Assembly (NCBI GenBank): GCA_963794325.1
Contig: CAWCDG010000006.1
Location: forward strand, 1-64,000
Length of the DNA: 64,000 nucleotides
Direction: 5' to 3'
Source of the DNA: an uncultured delta proteobacterium
Lineage (GTDB): Bacteria; Desulfobacterota; Binatia; Binatales; Binataceae
In this document: one piece after another, positions 55,508-64,000 of the stretch
Position numbering within the stretch: the stretch's first letter is position 1
Layout: each line of letters starts with the position of its first letter
Program-made: the position numbers and the translations under genes
The notes under the pieces: generated by a model
What the model was told of the DNA's origin: nothing
What the model saw: the letters and a program-made list of their open reading frames with translations, nothing else
Databases searched by the model: none

Positions 55508-57172
55508 CTAAACGCTAATCTGAGTCAGCTTGCGCGTCTGAATTCTGTAATCATACCAAGCCCGCGTAACCACAATACATGAAAACAGGCCGGTCAGCAC
55601 TCCGACGCATAGAGTGACGGCGAAGCCTTTGACCGGGCCAGTTCCAAACTGAAACAGGATCAAGCCGGCCGCGAAGGTCGAAATATTCGAGTCGCGAATC
55701 GCTGACCACGCGCGCTCATAGCCGAGCTTCACCGCCTCGCGCGGCGACTTGCCGTTGCGCAACTCCTCGCGCATGCGCTCGTTCACCAGCACGTTCGCGT
55801 CCACTGACATGCCGAGCGTCAGCACGATCCCTGCGATACCGGGTAACGTGAGCGTCGCGCCGAGCGCAGCCATCACGCAGATCAGCAGCAGGATATTCAG
55901 CGTCAGCCCGAAGTCCGCGAGTAGACCTGCGCCGCTGTAGTACACCGCCATGAAAATCAGCACCGCGCCCGCACCGATCACGAATGACATCTCGCCCTGG
56001 CGAATCGAATCGCGGCCGAGCGACGGACCGACCGTGCGCTCCTCTTCGATTTCGACCGGCGCAGGCAGCGCTCCTGATCGCAACACGATCGCCAGATCGT
56101 GCGCCTCGTCCAACGAGAAGCGGCCGGTTATCTGAACGTGACCGCCGGGAATTCGCTCTTTGATAACCGGCGCGGAGTAAACCGTCTTGTCGAGCACGAT
56201 CGCCAGGCGGCGCCCGACGTTTTGCGACGTCATCGCATCGAAGATACCCGCGCCGCGATTATCCAGCTCGACCGCAACGTACGGACCCTCGAGCCGCGCG
56301 CCCGGACGCACGCGCGCATCCGTGACGACGTCACCCGTCATCAGCACCGGAGACTCGACCAGATAGGGCTCGCGGCCGCCACGCTCCGAGGTGCCGTAGA
56401 GGATTTCGTCGCCGGGCGGCGGACCATTCTTGATCGCGTCCTGCACGTTGCTCGTATCGTCAACCAGCTTGAATTCGAGCACCGCCGTCTTGCCGATCAG
56501 TTCCTTGGCGCGCTCCGGATCCTGGATACCGGGGAGCTGCACCAGGATCTCGTTGTCACCTTCCTTGGCGACCGTAGTTTCGCGCACGCCGAGCTGATCG
56601 ATTCGGTTGCGAATCGTTTCCAGCGCCTGGTCCATCGCGTTGGATCGAATCGTCTGCAACTCCTGCGGCTTGTAGGCGAGCGAATACGACGGACCGGGAC
56701 TGGACGAGTCGGTGTTGCTCGACACGGTCAAATCCGGAAACGATTTCTGCGCGAGGTCGAGGAACGCCGTGCGATCGGAGCTCGATTTCAGCTTGACGAT
56801 CAAATTGCCGGAATCGTCAACCGCGATGTTGCTGAAATCTATCTTGTTGTCCTTCAGCTCTTTTTTGAGGTCATCGGCGCGGCGGCGCAGCTGGGTATGA
56901 ACCGCCTCGTCGAGCTTCACGGCCATCAGCAGATGCGTTCCGCCCTGCAAGTCGAGACCGAGCTGAATCTTGGTCGCACCGAATCCAGCTTTGAACCAAT
57001 CGGGCAGATCGATGTTCAGGCTCGGCAGCAGGATTAGCACCGCCGCCAGCACGATCGCGCCGGCCAGGTAGATCCGCGTGAGGCCGCTGCCGTTGGTGAA
57101 ATGCATATAGAGAAAGGACACGATCAGCACGAGCAGGATCAGGATCGGTCCGAAACTTTGCGACTGTTCCAC
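55508..57172 (-). CDS. secD: Protein translocase subunit SecD
   Basis: LGLDLQGG, IRNRIDQLGV, LRSGALPAP, VGPSLG, TLPGIAG...GMSVDANVL..ER. Confidence 0.96.
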   Translation of the reverse strand: MEQSQSFGPILILLVLIVSFLYMHFTNGSGLTRIYLAGAIVLAAVLILLPSLNIDLPDWFKAGFGATKIQLGLDLQGGTHLLMAVKLDEAVHTQLRRRADDLKKELKDNKIDFSNIAVDDSGNLIVKLKSSSDRTAFLDLAQKSFPDLTVSSNTDSSSPGPSYSLAYKPQELQTIRSNAMDQALETIRNRIDQLGVRETTVAKEGDNEILVQLPGIQDPERAKELIGKTAVLEFKLVDDTSNVQDAIKNGPPPGDEILYGTSERGGREPYLVESPVLMTGDVVTDARVRPGARLEGPYVAVELDNRGAGIFDAMTSQNVGRRLAIVLDKTVYSAPVIKERIPGGHVQITGRFSLDEAHDLAIVLRSGALPAPVEIEEERTVGPSLGRDSIRQGEMSFVIGAGAVLIFMAVYYSGAGLLADFGLTLNILLLICVMAALGATLTLPGIAGIVLTLGMSVDANVLVNERMREELRNGKSPREAVKLGYERAWSAIRDSNISTFAAGLILFQFGTGPVKGFAVTLCVGVLTGLFSCIVVTRAWYDYRIQTRKLTQISV

Positions 57173-57185
57173 TATGATGAAGCCT

Positions 57186-57545
57186 CTACTTGTCTTCTTT
57201 CTTCGGCGACGTCTTGTAGCTCGAAATCCCCGCGATTTGCGCTCGCTCGACCCGCAGCCTGACGTTGGGCGCGACTTCGAGCGTGATCACTTTCTCACCG
57301 GCGTCCTGAATCCGCCCGATGATTCCGCCGGTGGTCACCACCTCGTCGTTGCGCTTGAGCGCGCTCAGCATCTTCGCCTGCTCCTGCGCCTTTTTGTTCT
57401 GCGGTCGGAACACCAGGAAATACATGACGCCGACCACCAGCGCCATAATCGGCCCCGGCCCGGTCAGCAACTGCTGAACAAACGACGGATTATCGGTCGG
57501 CGCGGCGGCGGCGGCCTGCGCCCATGCGGTACCTTCAAATAACAT
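57186..57545 (-). CDS. yajC: Preprotein translocase subunit YajC
   Basis: YFLVFRPQ, DEVVTTGGIIG. Confidence 0.95.
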   Translation of the reverse strand: MLFEGTAWAQAAAAAPTDNPSFVQQLLTGPGPIMALVVGVMYFLVFRPQNKKAQEQAKMLSALKRNDEVVTTGGIIGRIQDAGEKVITLEVAPNVRLRVERAQIAGISSYKTSPKKEDK

Positions 57546-57584
57546 CAGATCACTTCCTTAAAACACTGCTCGACAGTTCAATCA

Positions 57585-58709
57585 TTAGTCTTCATCTTTC
57601 CTGAAAAGACTTTCCTGAAAGGCTACCTTCGCGAACGCCGTGAAATTACCGGATGAAATAGCGTCCCGGCACTGGTGCATCAAGCTCGCGAAGAAGTGGA
57701 GATTATGCTCCGTAAGCGCGCGCGCCGCGAGTATCTCGCCCGACAAATATAGATGACGCAGGTAGGCGCGTGAATGGGTCCGGCACGGGCGGCATTCACA
57801 GGCCGGATCGAGCGGCCTCGAATCGCGCGCATGTATGGCCTGCTTGATCGAGACCGCCCCGGCGCTGGTGAAGGCCATCCCGTTGCGCGCGTTTCGCGTC
57901 GGCAGCACGCAGTCGAACATGTCGAAGCCCATCGCGATTGCGGCGATCAGGTCCGAGGGCGTGCCGACACCCATCAGGTAGCGCGGTTTGTCCGCCGGCA
58001 TCATCGACGCGGACAGCTCCGCCATTTCCAGCATCGCGGTCTTCGGCTCGCCGACTGAAAGTCCGCCCGCCGCGTAGCCGTCGAACGGAATCGACGTTAT
58101 CTGCGACGCACTCATCTTGCGTAGGTCTTCGAAAATGCTGCCCTGGATAATCCCGAACAGCGCCTGCGTGGTGCTCTTGCGCGCCGCGAGGCTGCGCTCG
58201 GCCCATCGCGCGGTGAGTTCCAGCGATTTGAGCGCGCGGCGATGCTCGGCCGGGAACGGCGTGCATTCGTCCAGCGCCATCATGATGTCGGCGCCGAGCT
58301 GTTCCTGAATGTCGATTGCACTTTCGGGCGTGAGCATCAGCGGCGCGCCGTCGAGATGCGAGCGAAAGCGGATCCCCTCTTCATTGATCGAATTGATTTT
58401 CGCCAGGCTCATCGCCTGGAAGCCGCCCGAGTCGGTCAGCACTGCGCCGGGGAATCCCATGAAGCGCGCGACGCCGCCCATTTCCCGGATCAGCTCGGCG
58501 CCCGGACGAATCGCGAGATGGTACGCGTTGGCGAGCACCATCCTGTAGCCCATCGACCACAACTCGTCTGGCGCCATCGCTTTGACCGCGGCGCGAGTGC
58601 CGACTGGCATGAAAGCGGGCGTCGCGATGGTGCCGTGCGGAGTAACGATCTGCCCGGCGCGCGCGTCGCCCTCGACCGCAGTTACGCTGAATTCGATCGG
58701 CCCGTTCAC
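57585..58709 (-). CDS. tgt: tRNA guanine(34) transglycosylase
   Basis: TPAFMPVGT, LTDSGGFQ, GIIQG, PRYLMGVG, DCVLPTR, CECRPC..H; GTG start overlaps the queA stop. Confidence 0.96.
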   Translation of the reverse strand: MNGPIEFSVTAVEGDARAGQIVTPHGTIATPAFMPVGTRAAVKAMAPDELWSMGYRMVLANAYHLAIRPGAELIREMGGVARFMGFPGAVLTDSGGFQAMSLAKINSINEEGIRFRSHLDGAPLMLTPESAIDIQEQLGADIMMALDECTPFPAEHRRALKSLELTARWAERSLAARKSTTQALFGIIQGSIFEDLRKMSASQITSIPFDGYAAGGLSVGEPKTAMLEMAELSASMMPADKPRYLMGVGTPSDLIAAIAMGFDMFDCVLPTRNARNGMAFTSAGAVSIKQAIHARDSRPLDPACECRPCRTHSRAYLRHLYLSGEILAARALTEHNLHFFASLMHQCRDAISSGNFTAFAKVAFQESLFRKDED

Positions 58710-59734
58710 AGGATCAACATCGCATCGCCGTAGCTGAGAAAGCGGTAGCGATGCCGAATCGCGTCGCGATACGCCGCGAGAAGCTGGTCGCGTCCCGCAA
58801 AAGCCATCGCGAGCGCGAGCACCGTCGTGCGCGGCATGTGGAAATTCGTCAGCATCGCGTCTGCCAGCTTGAAGCGAAATCCCTGATGAATAAAGAGCCC
58901 GGTGAAACCCTCGACGTCGCCGGTAATCGCCCACGACTCGATCGCGCGCATCGAACTGGTCCCGACCGTGATGATCCGCCCGCCGATTCGCCGCGCGTGC
59001 TCGATTGCAACCTGCGTCGCCGGAGGAATCGTGTACCACTCGGACTCCATCGTATGACTCTCGACCTCGACCGCGCGCACCGGCGCGAACGTGCCGGGTC
59101 CAATATGCAGCGTGACGGTCGCGGTGCGGATGCCCGCGTCGGCCAGCGCTTTGAATACGTCGTCAGTAAAATGCAGTCCCGCAGTGGGCGCCGCGATCGC
59201 GCCGGGCCTCGAGGCATACACGGTCTGGTAGTCGTCGATGTCAGCGGGCCCGACTGTGCGATGTATATAATGAGGCAGCGCGAGGGTGCCATCGAGCTGG
59301 AGTATCTGTTCGATCGAGACTTCGCCCTCAGCTACGACGATCGGCCGCCCAGGCCGCGCATAGCCCGCAATTCGGAGCACATGACCGTCGCCAAGGATCA
59401 GCCGCGCGTTATCCTTGAGCACGCGATGGGTCCGAATCAAGGCGAGCCATGCGCCCGCCGGACCCTCACTCGGACTGGCCGGCCGCACCATCAGCAACTC
59501 GACGCGCCCGCCCGATTCCTTCTGCGCAAACAGTCGCGCCGGCAGCACCCGCGTGTCGTTCAGCACGATCAGGTCGCCTTCGCGCAGATGACGGACGAGT
59601 TTGTAGAAGCGGGAATGCTCGATCAATTTGGATTTGCGATCGAGAACAAGCAGCCGCGCCTCATCGCGACGAGCCAGCGGCTCCTGCGCAATCAGTTCTT
59701 CAGACAAATCGTAGTCGAGTTCGGACAGCCGCAT
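58706..59734 (-). CDS. queA: S-adenosylmethionine:tRNA ribosyltransferase-isomerase
   Basis: DYDL.EELIAQ.P, YQTVYA, AAPTAGLHF, TNFH.P, YRFLSYGDAM. Confidence 0.96.
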   Translation of the reverse strand: MRLSELDYDLSEELIAQEPLARRDEARLLVLDRKSKLIEHSRFYKLVRHLREGDLIVLNDTRVLPARLFAQKESGGRVELLMVRPASPSEGPAGAWLALIRTHRVLKDNARLILGDGHVLRIAGYARPGRPIVVAEGEVSIEQILQLDGTLALPHYIHRTVGPADIDDYQTVYASRPGAIAAPTAGLHFTDDVFKALADAGIRTATVTLHIGPGTFAPVRAVEVESHTMESEWYTIPPATQVAIEHARRIGGRIITVGTSSMRAIESWAITGDVEGFTGLFIHQGFRFKLADAMLTNFHMPRTTVLALAMAFAGRDQLLAAYRDAIRHRYRFLSYGDAMLIL

Positions 59735-59813
59735 CTCAGATAACCGGAGACTCCGCCAGATACGAGTAGAGCACGGCGGAAGTGCGGCTTGAAACTGACG
59801 CGCCGCGAATCGG

Positions 59814-60368
59814 TTAATGCCTGAGCAGTGATTTCCGGATCGCCTGATGTTTGGTTTGCGGATGAAGCCATACGTTCATGACCGCCGGGCAGAATGACGG
59901 ATCGTCAACCTCGCCGGTGCTCGAATCGTTCAAATAGGCAATCGTCCGGTTGGTGTCGGAGCAGAAGATTACGACCTGATCGCCCCGCCGAACGTTGGGA
60001 ATGAGCTTTTTCATTTCCGACTGCCAGATTCCAAGTTGGCGTGAGTCGCCAAGCTTGAGGTCGCGCATCTCGGCGATCGCGTTTTTTATCAAAGTGTCGG
60101 CGGGAACGTCGCGACCCGGCTCGATATCGAGCGCGTGAGGGGCCGCCGCAGACCATTGCGGGCCGACAATCCACAACGTCGCGTCGTACATCCTGATGCC
60201 CCACAACGAGTGGCGGCCTTTCCCGAACGGATGCATCCCCGGAGCCCTAGAAGCGATCTGCGTCGGCAGCGGCCGATGGCTGGCGATTGCCGAGGAAGCG
60301 AAAATCACAACCAGGATCATCGCCCCGAGTCTTAAGGCGGCGGCGCCGGCAGGAATTCGGTGTGTCAT
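59814..60368 (-). CDS. Chalcone isomerase-like periplasmic protein
   Basis: Signal peptide; G.G...WGIRMYDATLW, PNVRRGDQ, F..AVMNVWL. Confidence 0.65.
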   Translation of the reverse strand: MTHRIPAGAAALRLGAMILVVIFASSAIASHRPLPTQIASRAPGMHPFGKGRHSLWGIRMYDATLWIVGPQWSAAAPHALDIEPGRDVPADTLIKNAIAEMRDLKLGDSRQLGIWQSEMKKLIPNVRRGDQVVIFCSDTNRTIAYLNDSSTGEVDDPSFCPAVMNVWLHPQTKHQAIRKSLLRH

Positions 60369-60391
60369 CAGCAGCCGAATCAGGGCGGCGC

Positions 60392-61735
60392 TCAGAATGG
60401 ATAGTTGATGCCGGAAAAAACTGCCGCGCCTTCGCCACCCCATCCGACATCGACGAAGCCGACTACGAACGGCTCTGCAATCGCGCGGAATCCAATTCCG
60501 CCGACCGGATGCATTTCCGAGAACGGGTTGTAAGAGAGGTTGTGTGCGACGCGTCCCGCTTCCGCGAACGGCGCAAGCTCGAGGATGCCATGGGTGCCGA
60601 AGAGGGTTTTGTCCCACACTCGCGTGCGCATCTCGACGTTCATGACGAACAGGTTGTTGTCGATGAAACGTCCGGCGCCGTAACCCCGCAGAGTTTCCTG
60701 ATCGGTCAACAAACTCTCGTCGCCGCCGAGCCGCGCCTGCGACCAGAATGGAATCTCGCCGGCAACCGGCTCGTATTCGTTGAATACGTGACCGGCAAAC
60801 GTGATGCGCTCGCCCACGGTGTAAAACTCGCGTAGCTCCCCGCCAAAGCGGTTGTACGAAATCGAACTGCCGAATCTCCGATCCGCAACAGCGTAGTAGA
60901 GGCGCCCGAGCTGGCCCGATCGCGGGATATCAACTGAATCGCGCGAGTCGTATTGAAGCACCCACTGCGAAAGAACTTCGCTGCCCCCGTTCAGGCCCTT
61001 CTGATGCGGGAACTCCTTGAAGATTGACGGCACCGAGGTGAAGCCGCCGTCCTCGATTCGCACATAGCGCGGGCGCTCCATCATCGAGAGCTGCAGCTTG
61101 TCACTGAAATTCAGGCCGAGAATCGCCTCTCCGTAGATTTGCTTGGTCGTGTAGTTGCTCTGGTTTCCCTCGTGAGAATGGTTGCCGGTTCCGAAGAAAC
61201 GCTCGGTCGGATCCTTCTCGAAAAAGAAGCGCCCCTCGAACGAAAACAACTTCTTATGCTCGCGTCCGGTCTGGTAATCGATATCGACGTTGCGCGCGAT
61301 AGTCTCCTGCGCACCAGCCTCCGCGTACCAGTTGGTGTCCGACGACGGATACGCCAGGTAGCGAAAATTGCCGCCCGGCCCCAGCGTACTGTTGGCGTTG
61401 ATATCGGGCGCCAGGATGCTGCTGATCTCGTTCTTGTTATCGGTGAATAACCAAACCGGCAAGACGCCGTAAGTGACGCCGCCGTTTGGATCGGTTGCGA
61501 CCTCGGGCACGGGAATGAACGGCCACGAATTTGGATCCTGAATCTTGAATGCTTTCCAATCGTACTGCGGCATGCTCCAGGTGCTGGGATGCAAGAGCGA
61601 GAATTGAGACGACGACGTCGGCACCGACGAGGTTGGCACCGGAGCCGAGGCCACCGGGGACGAGTCGGGGTGCGCAGTAGCTGCCGCAATTACAAATGTG
61701 GTGATGAAGATGAGGGAGGCGAGGATGCGCCGCAT
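60392..61735 (-). CDS. Omp85/BamA-TamA-like outer-membrane barrel without obvious POTRA domains
   Basis: YDSRD, LGG...LRGY, EMR, GIGFR, C-terminal YPF. Confidence 0.8.
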   Translation of the reverse strand: MRRILASLIFITTFVIAAATAHPDSSPVASAPVPTSSVPTSSSQFSLLHPSTWSMPQYDWKAFKIQDPNSWPFIPVPEVATDPNGGVTYGVLPVWLFTDNKNEISSILAPDINANSTLGPGGNFRYLAYPSSDTNWYAEAGAQETIARNVDIDYQTGREHKKLFSFEGRFFFEKDPTERFFGTGNHSHEGNQSNYTTKQIYGEAILGLNFSDKLQLSMMERPRYVRIEDGGFTSVPSIFKEFPHQKGLNGGSEVLSQWVLQYDSRDSVDIPRSGQLGRLYYAVADRRFGSSISYNRFGGELREFYTVGERITFAGHVFNEYEPVAGEIPFWSQARLGGDESLLTDQETLRGYGAGRFIDNNLFVMNVEMRTRVWDKTLFGTHGILELAPFAEAGRVAHNLSYNPFSEMHPVGGIGFRAIAEPFVVGFVDVGWGGEGAAVFSGINYPF

Positions 61736-62001
61736 TATCAGATCCTGAAATTAAGCTTTGCCTGCTGACATTCGGCTACTCTTCCACCACTCCCATCACC
61801 CCTGCTCGCGGCACCCGCGAGTCCCCACACCGAACGATGGTAGAAGGTGACAGGCTTGCGCGATGCAATCAACCCTTTTGTGCTTACGATTCGTTCATCT
61901 TGCAAACCGGACCCTCGCGACGCTCGTGCGCTTTTCGGCGACGGCGTAAATGTGCAAGGATTCGGTGCGAGCGGAAAGATTTCCTCAAAAGGAGTTCGGT
62001 A

Positions 62002-63693
62002 ATGGCGAAAGCTGACGGCGGAGAATTAATCGCGCGCGTGATGCGCGAGAATCGTGTGAAATATTGTTTCGCGATCAACGGCGGGCATCTGTTTCCGATC
62101 CTCGGCCAGTTGCGCAATCACGACATCAAGCTCATCCACATGCGCCACGAGCAGGCTACCGCCTACGCGGCCGACGCCTATGCGCGCACCTCGGGCGAAG
62201 TCGGCGTATGCATGGTCACCGCGGGATGCGGCCTGACCAACGCGGTCACTGGACTCTGCGTCGCGGGACTGACCAACAGCGCCGTCGTCTGTATCTCGGG
62301 ACAGCATCCGAATACCGAGGATCATCTAGGATCGTTCCAGGAGGCCTACGGCTCCGAAGTGGTGGACAGTTTTTCGAAGTTCACCAAGCGCGTGACCGAC
62401 TGGTCCACGATTCAGTTCGATCTGCGATCCGCATTCCGCGAGGCAATCTCACCGCCGCAGGGTGTCGCGCTGTTCGAGATTCCGCAGAACATTCTCTATC
62501 ACCACGAAGAAGACTCGGGGCAGCGCAAGGGCGCGCGCGAGTTCACGATGGACGACGTTCGCTCGGCGGGTGATCCGTCGAAAATCGATCGCGCGCTCGA
62601 GATGCTGGTGGCGGCCGAGCGCCCGCTGATAGCCGGCGGCGACGGTCTGTTCTGGTCGCAAGCCGGCCCCGAGATGCGCGAGTTCGTCGAGCTGACCAAC
62701 ATCCCCATCTACGCGCGCCGCGCCGGCCAGGGTGTCGTGTCCGAAGAGCATCCGCTGGCGATTCGCGGCGCCTTTAAGAAGCCTTTTACCGGCGGCGCTG
62801 ACGTGGTGCTCGCAATCGGCTTCCGCTTCTGGAGCGGTGAGCATTTCGGGCAGCCCCCGACCTGGACCGATAAGGCCAAGTACATCCAGGTCGATCCGAC
62901 GCCGACTCGAATCGGATGGCAGGTTAACGCGGACTTGCCGATGGTCGGCGACCCGAAGATCGTGCTGCAACAGATGATCAAGCGGATCAAGGAGCTCAAG
63001 CTCGACTTCTCGAAGAACAAGGGCTCGGCCTGGACCAAGCAGGTCTGGGAAACGCGCCAGCGCTTCGACAATACGATCAAGGAACAGAACGCGAAGGTCT
63101 CGAAGAATCAGCCGATTCATCCGGCGCGCTTGTGCGAGGATCTGATCAAGGTGCTCGACAAAAACGCGACCACCGTCATCGACAGCTTCACGCTCTCCGG
63201 ATGGATGAGCCGCGCGTTCACCTGCCGCTTCATGGGCCAGGTCGTCGATGCGGGCCCGCTAGCTCCGGTCGGCCACGGGGTCGGCATGGGTATCGGCGCG
63301 CAGCTCGCGCGGCCGGGTCAGCAAGTCGTCGTGATCAGCGGCGACGGCGGCCTCGGAATCGGCGGATGGGACATGGAAACCGCCGCGCGCTACAAACTGC
63401 CGGTAATCACGGTGCTGTGGAACAACAGCTCATGGGGTCCGAACTTCGACCAGATGCCGGGACTGAAGGGCCGCACCGATCCGTTCAACATGCTGCCGAA
63501 CATCCGCTACGACAAAATTTTCGCCGAGATGGGATGTCATGGCGAGCAGGTCGAGACCAACGAGCAGATAGTTCCGGCGCTCGAGCGCGCGTTCAAGTCC
63601 GGCAAGCCCGCCCTGATCAACGTGATCGGCGACGTAGCAGTCGGCAACGCAACCCTGGGCGGCAACCTGCTAGGCTCGACGGGCTCGAACTAA
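62002..63693 (+). CDS. TPP-dependent enzyme (acetolactate synthase / 2-hydroxyacyl-CoA lyase-like)
   Basis: RHEQATAYAADAYAR, GDGG...NNSSWG TPP motif. Confidence 0.9.
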   Translation: MAKADGGELIARVMRENRVKYCFAINGGHLFPILGQLRNHDIKLIHMRHEQATAYAADAYARTSGEVGVCMVTAGCGLTNAVTGLCVAGLTNSAVVCISGQHPNTEDHLGSFQEAYGSEVVDSFSKFTKRVTDWSTIQFDLRSAFREAISPPQGVALFEIPQNILYHHEEDSGQRKGAREFTMDDVRSAGDPSKIDRALEMLVAAERPLIAGGDGLFWSQAGPEMREFVELTNIPIYARRAGQGVVSEEHPLAIRGAFKKPFTGGADVVLAIGFRFWSGEHFGQPPTWTDKAKYIQVDPTPTRIGWQVNADLPMVGDPKIVLQQMIKRIKELKLDFSKNKGSAWTKQVWETRQRFDNTIKEQNAKVSKNQPIHPARLCEDLIKVLDKNATTVIDSFTLSGWMSRAFTCRFMGQVVDAGPLAPVGHGVGMGIGAQLARPGQQVVVISGDGGLGIGGWDMETAARYKLPVITVLWNNSSWGPNFDQMPGLKGRTDPFNMLPNIRYDKIFAEMGCHGEQVETNEQIVPALERAFKSGKPALINVIGDVAVGNATLGGNLLGSTGSN

Positions 63694-63724
63694 GCGGCTC
63701 TGTCCGCGTCCGAAATTCTGATAA

Positions 63725-63762
63725 TTCCCTCCCCCTCGTAGGGGGGAGGGTCAGGGTGGAGG
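63725..63762. repeat. REP-like repeat variant in reverse orientation
   Basis: Reverse complement CCTCCACCCTGACCCTCCCCCC-TAC-GAGGGGGAGGGAA; same architecture as the other units. Confidence 0.6.
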
Positions 63763-63917
63763 ACCTCGCGCGGCGCAATTGTCTGTAGCGCCGCGGCACT
63801 CTGACGCGCGCGATTCCAGATGAGTGACAACTCTGTCTCATTGCGGGGAATTACCCACTTGTGTAGAATGACACATCGGCACCATACCCCGCGCACCGTA
63901 GAAATAGAGGCAACGTC

Positions 63918-64000
63918 ATGGCCATCAGGAATGCACCGATTTTGAGCGACAAATTCGAGCGGGTCGGTGAAACCGGATTCGATGAGCGCAAACGAGTCTC
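63918..64000 (+). CDS. 5' end of a gene running off the window
   Basis: GAGG RBS; MAIRNAPILSDKFERVGETGFDERKRV open to the edge. Confidence 0.4.
   Translation, partial: MAIRNAPILSDKFERVGETGFDERKRV

Overview
GC-rich bacterial chromosomal window. The gene mix (LLM monooxygenase, several GSTs and TetRs, PaaK-like ligase, TPP enzyme, split cytochrome b) fits a soil heterotroph such as Candidatus Binatia, but that is an inference, not shown. Main blocks: (i) three tandem Flp pilins behind a duplicated ~89-bp upstream element; (ii) 5'-3' exonuclease, an ABC exporter pair (first gene frameshifted) and a DUF559 nuclease enclosed in 78-bp inverted repeats related to REP-like hairpins scattered across the window; (iii) detox/catabolic genes; (iv) an A1-type cytochrome c oxidase operon with heme A/O synthases; (v) fadD, greA, hbd and an FTR1 permease with a Fur-type box; (vi) a b6-type cytochrome b / subunit IV / octaheme cytochrome c / cupredoxin-like cluster with no adjacent Rieske gene, whose subunit-IV N-terminal piece appears to be a separate gene ~9 kb away, next to a 4x[4Fe-4S] ferredoxin; (vii) beta-helix surface protein with LuxR, copA, queA-tgt-yajC-secD (no secF), an Omp85-like barrel and a TPP enzyme. 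Best novelty candidates: a two-copy small RNA family with a CCCCCC loop and compensatory stem change (4396-4477 +, 20680-20778 -), the DUF559/REP element, and the split Rieske-less bc-like module. Several small genes missed by the ORF track were recovered by hand. All family calls come from motif recognition; no database searches were run.
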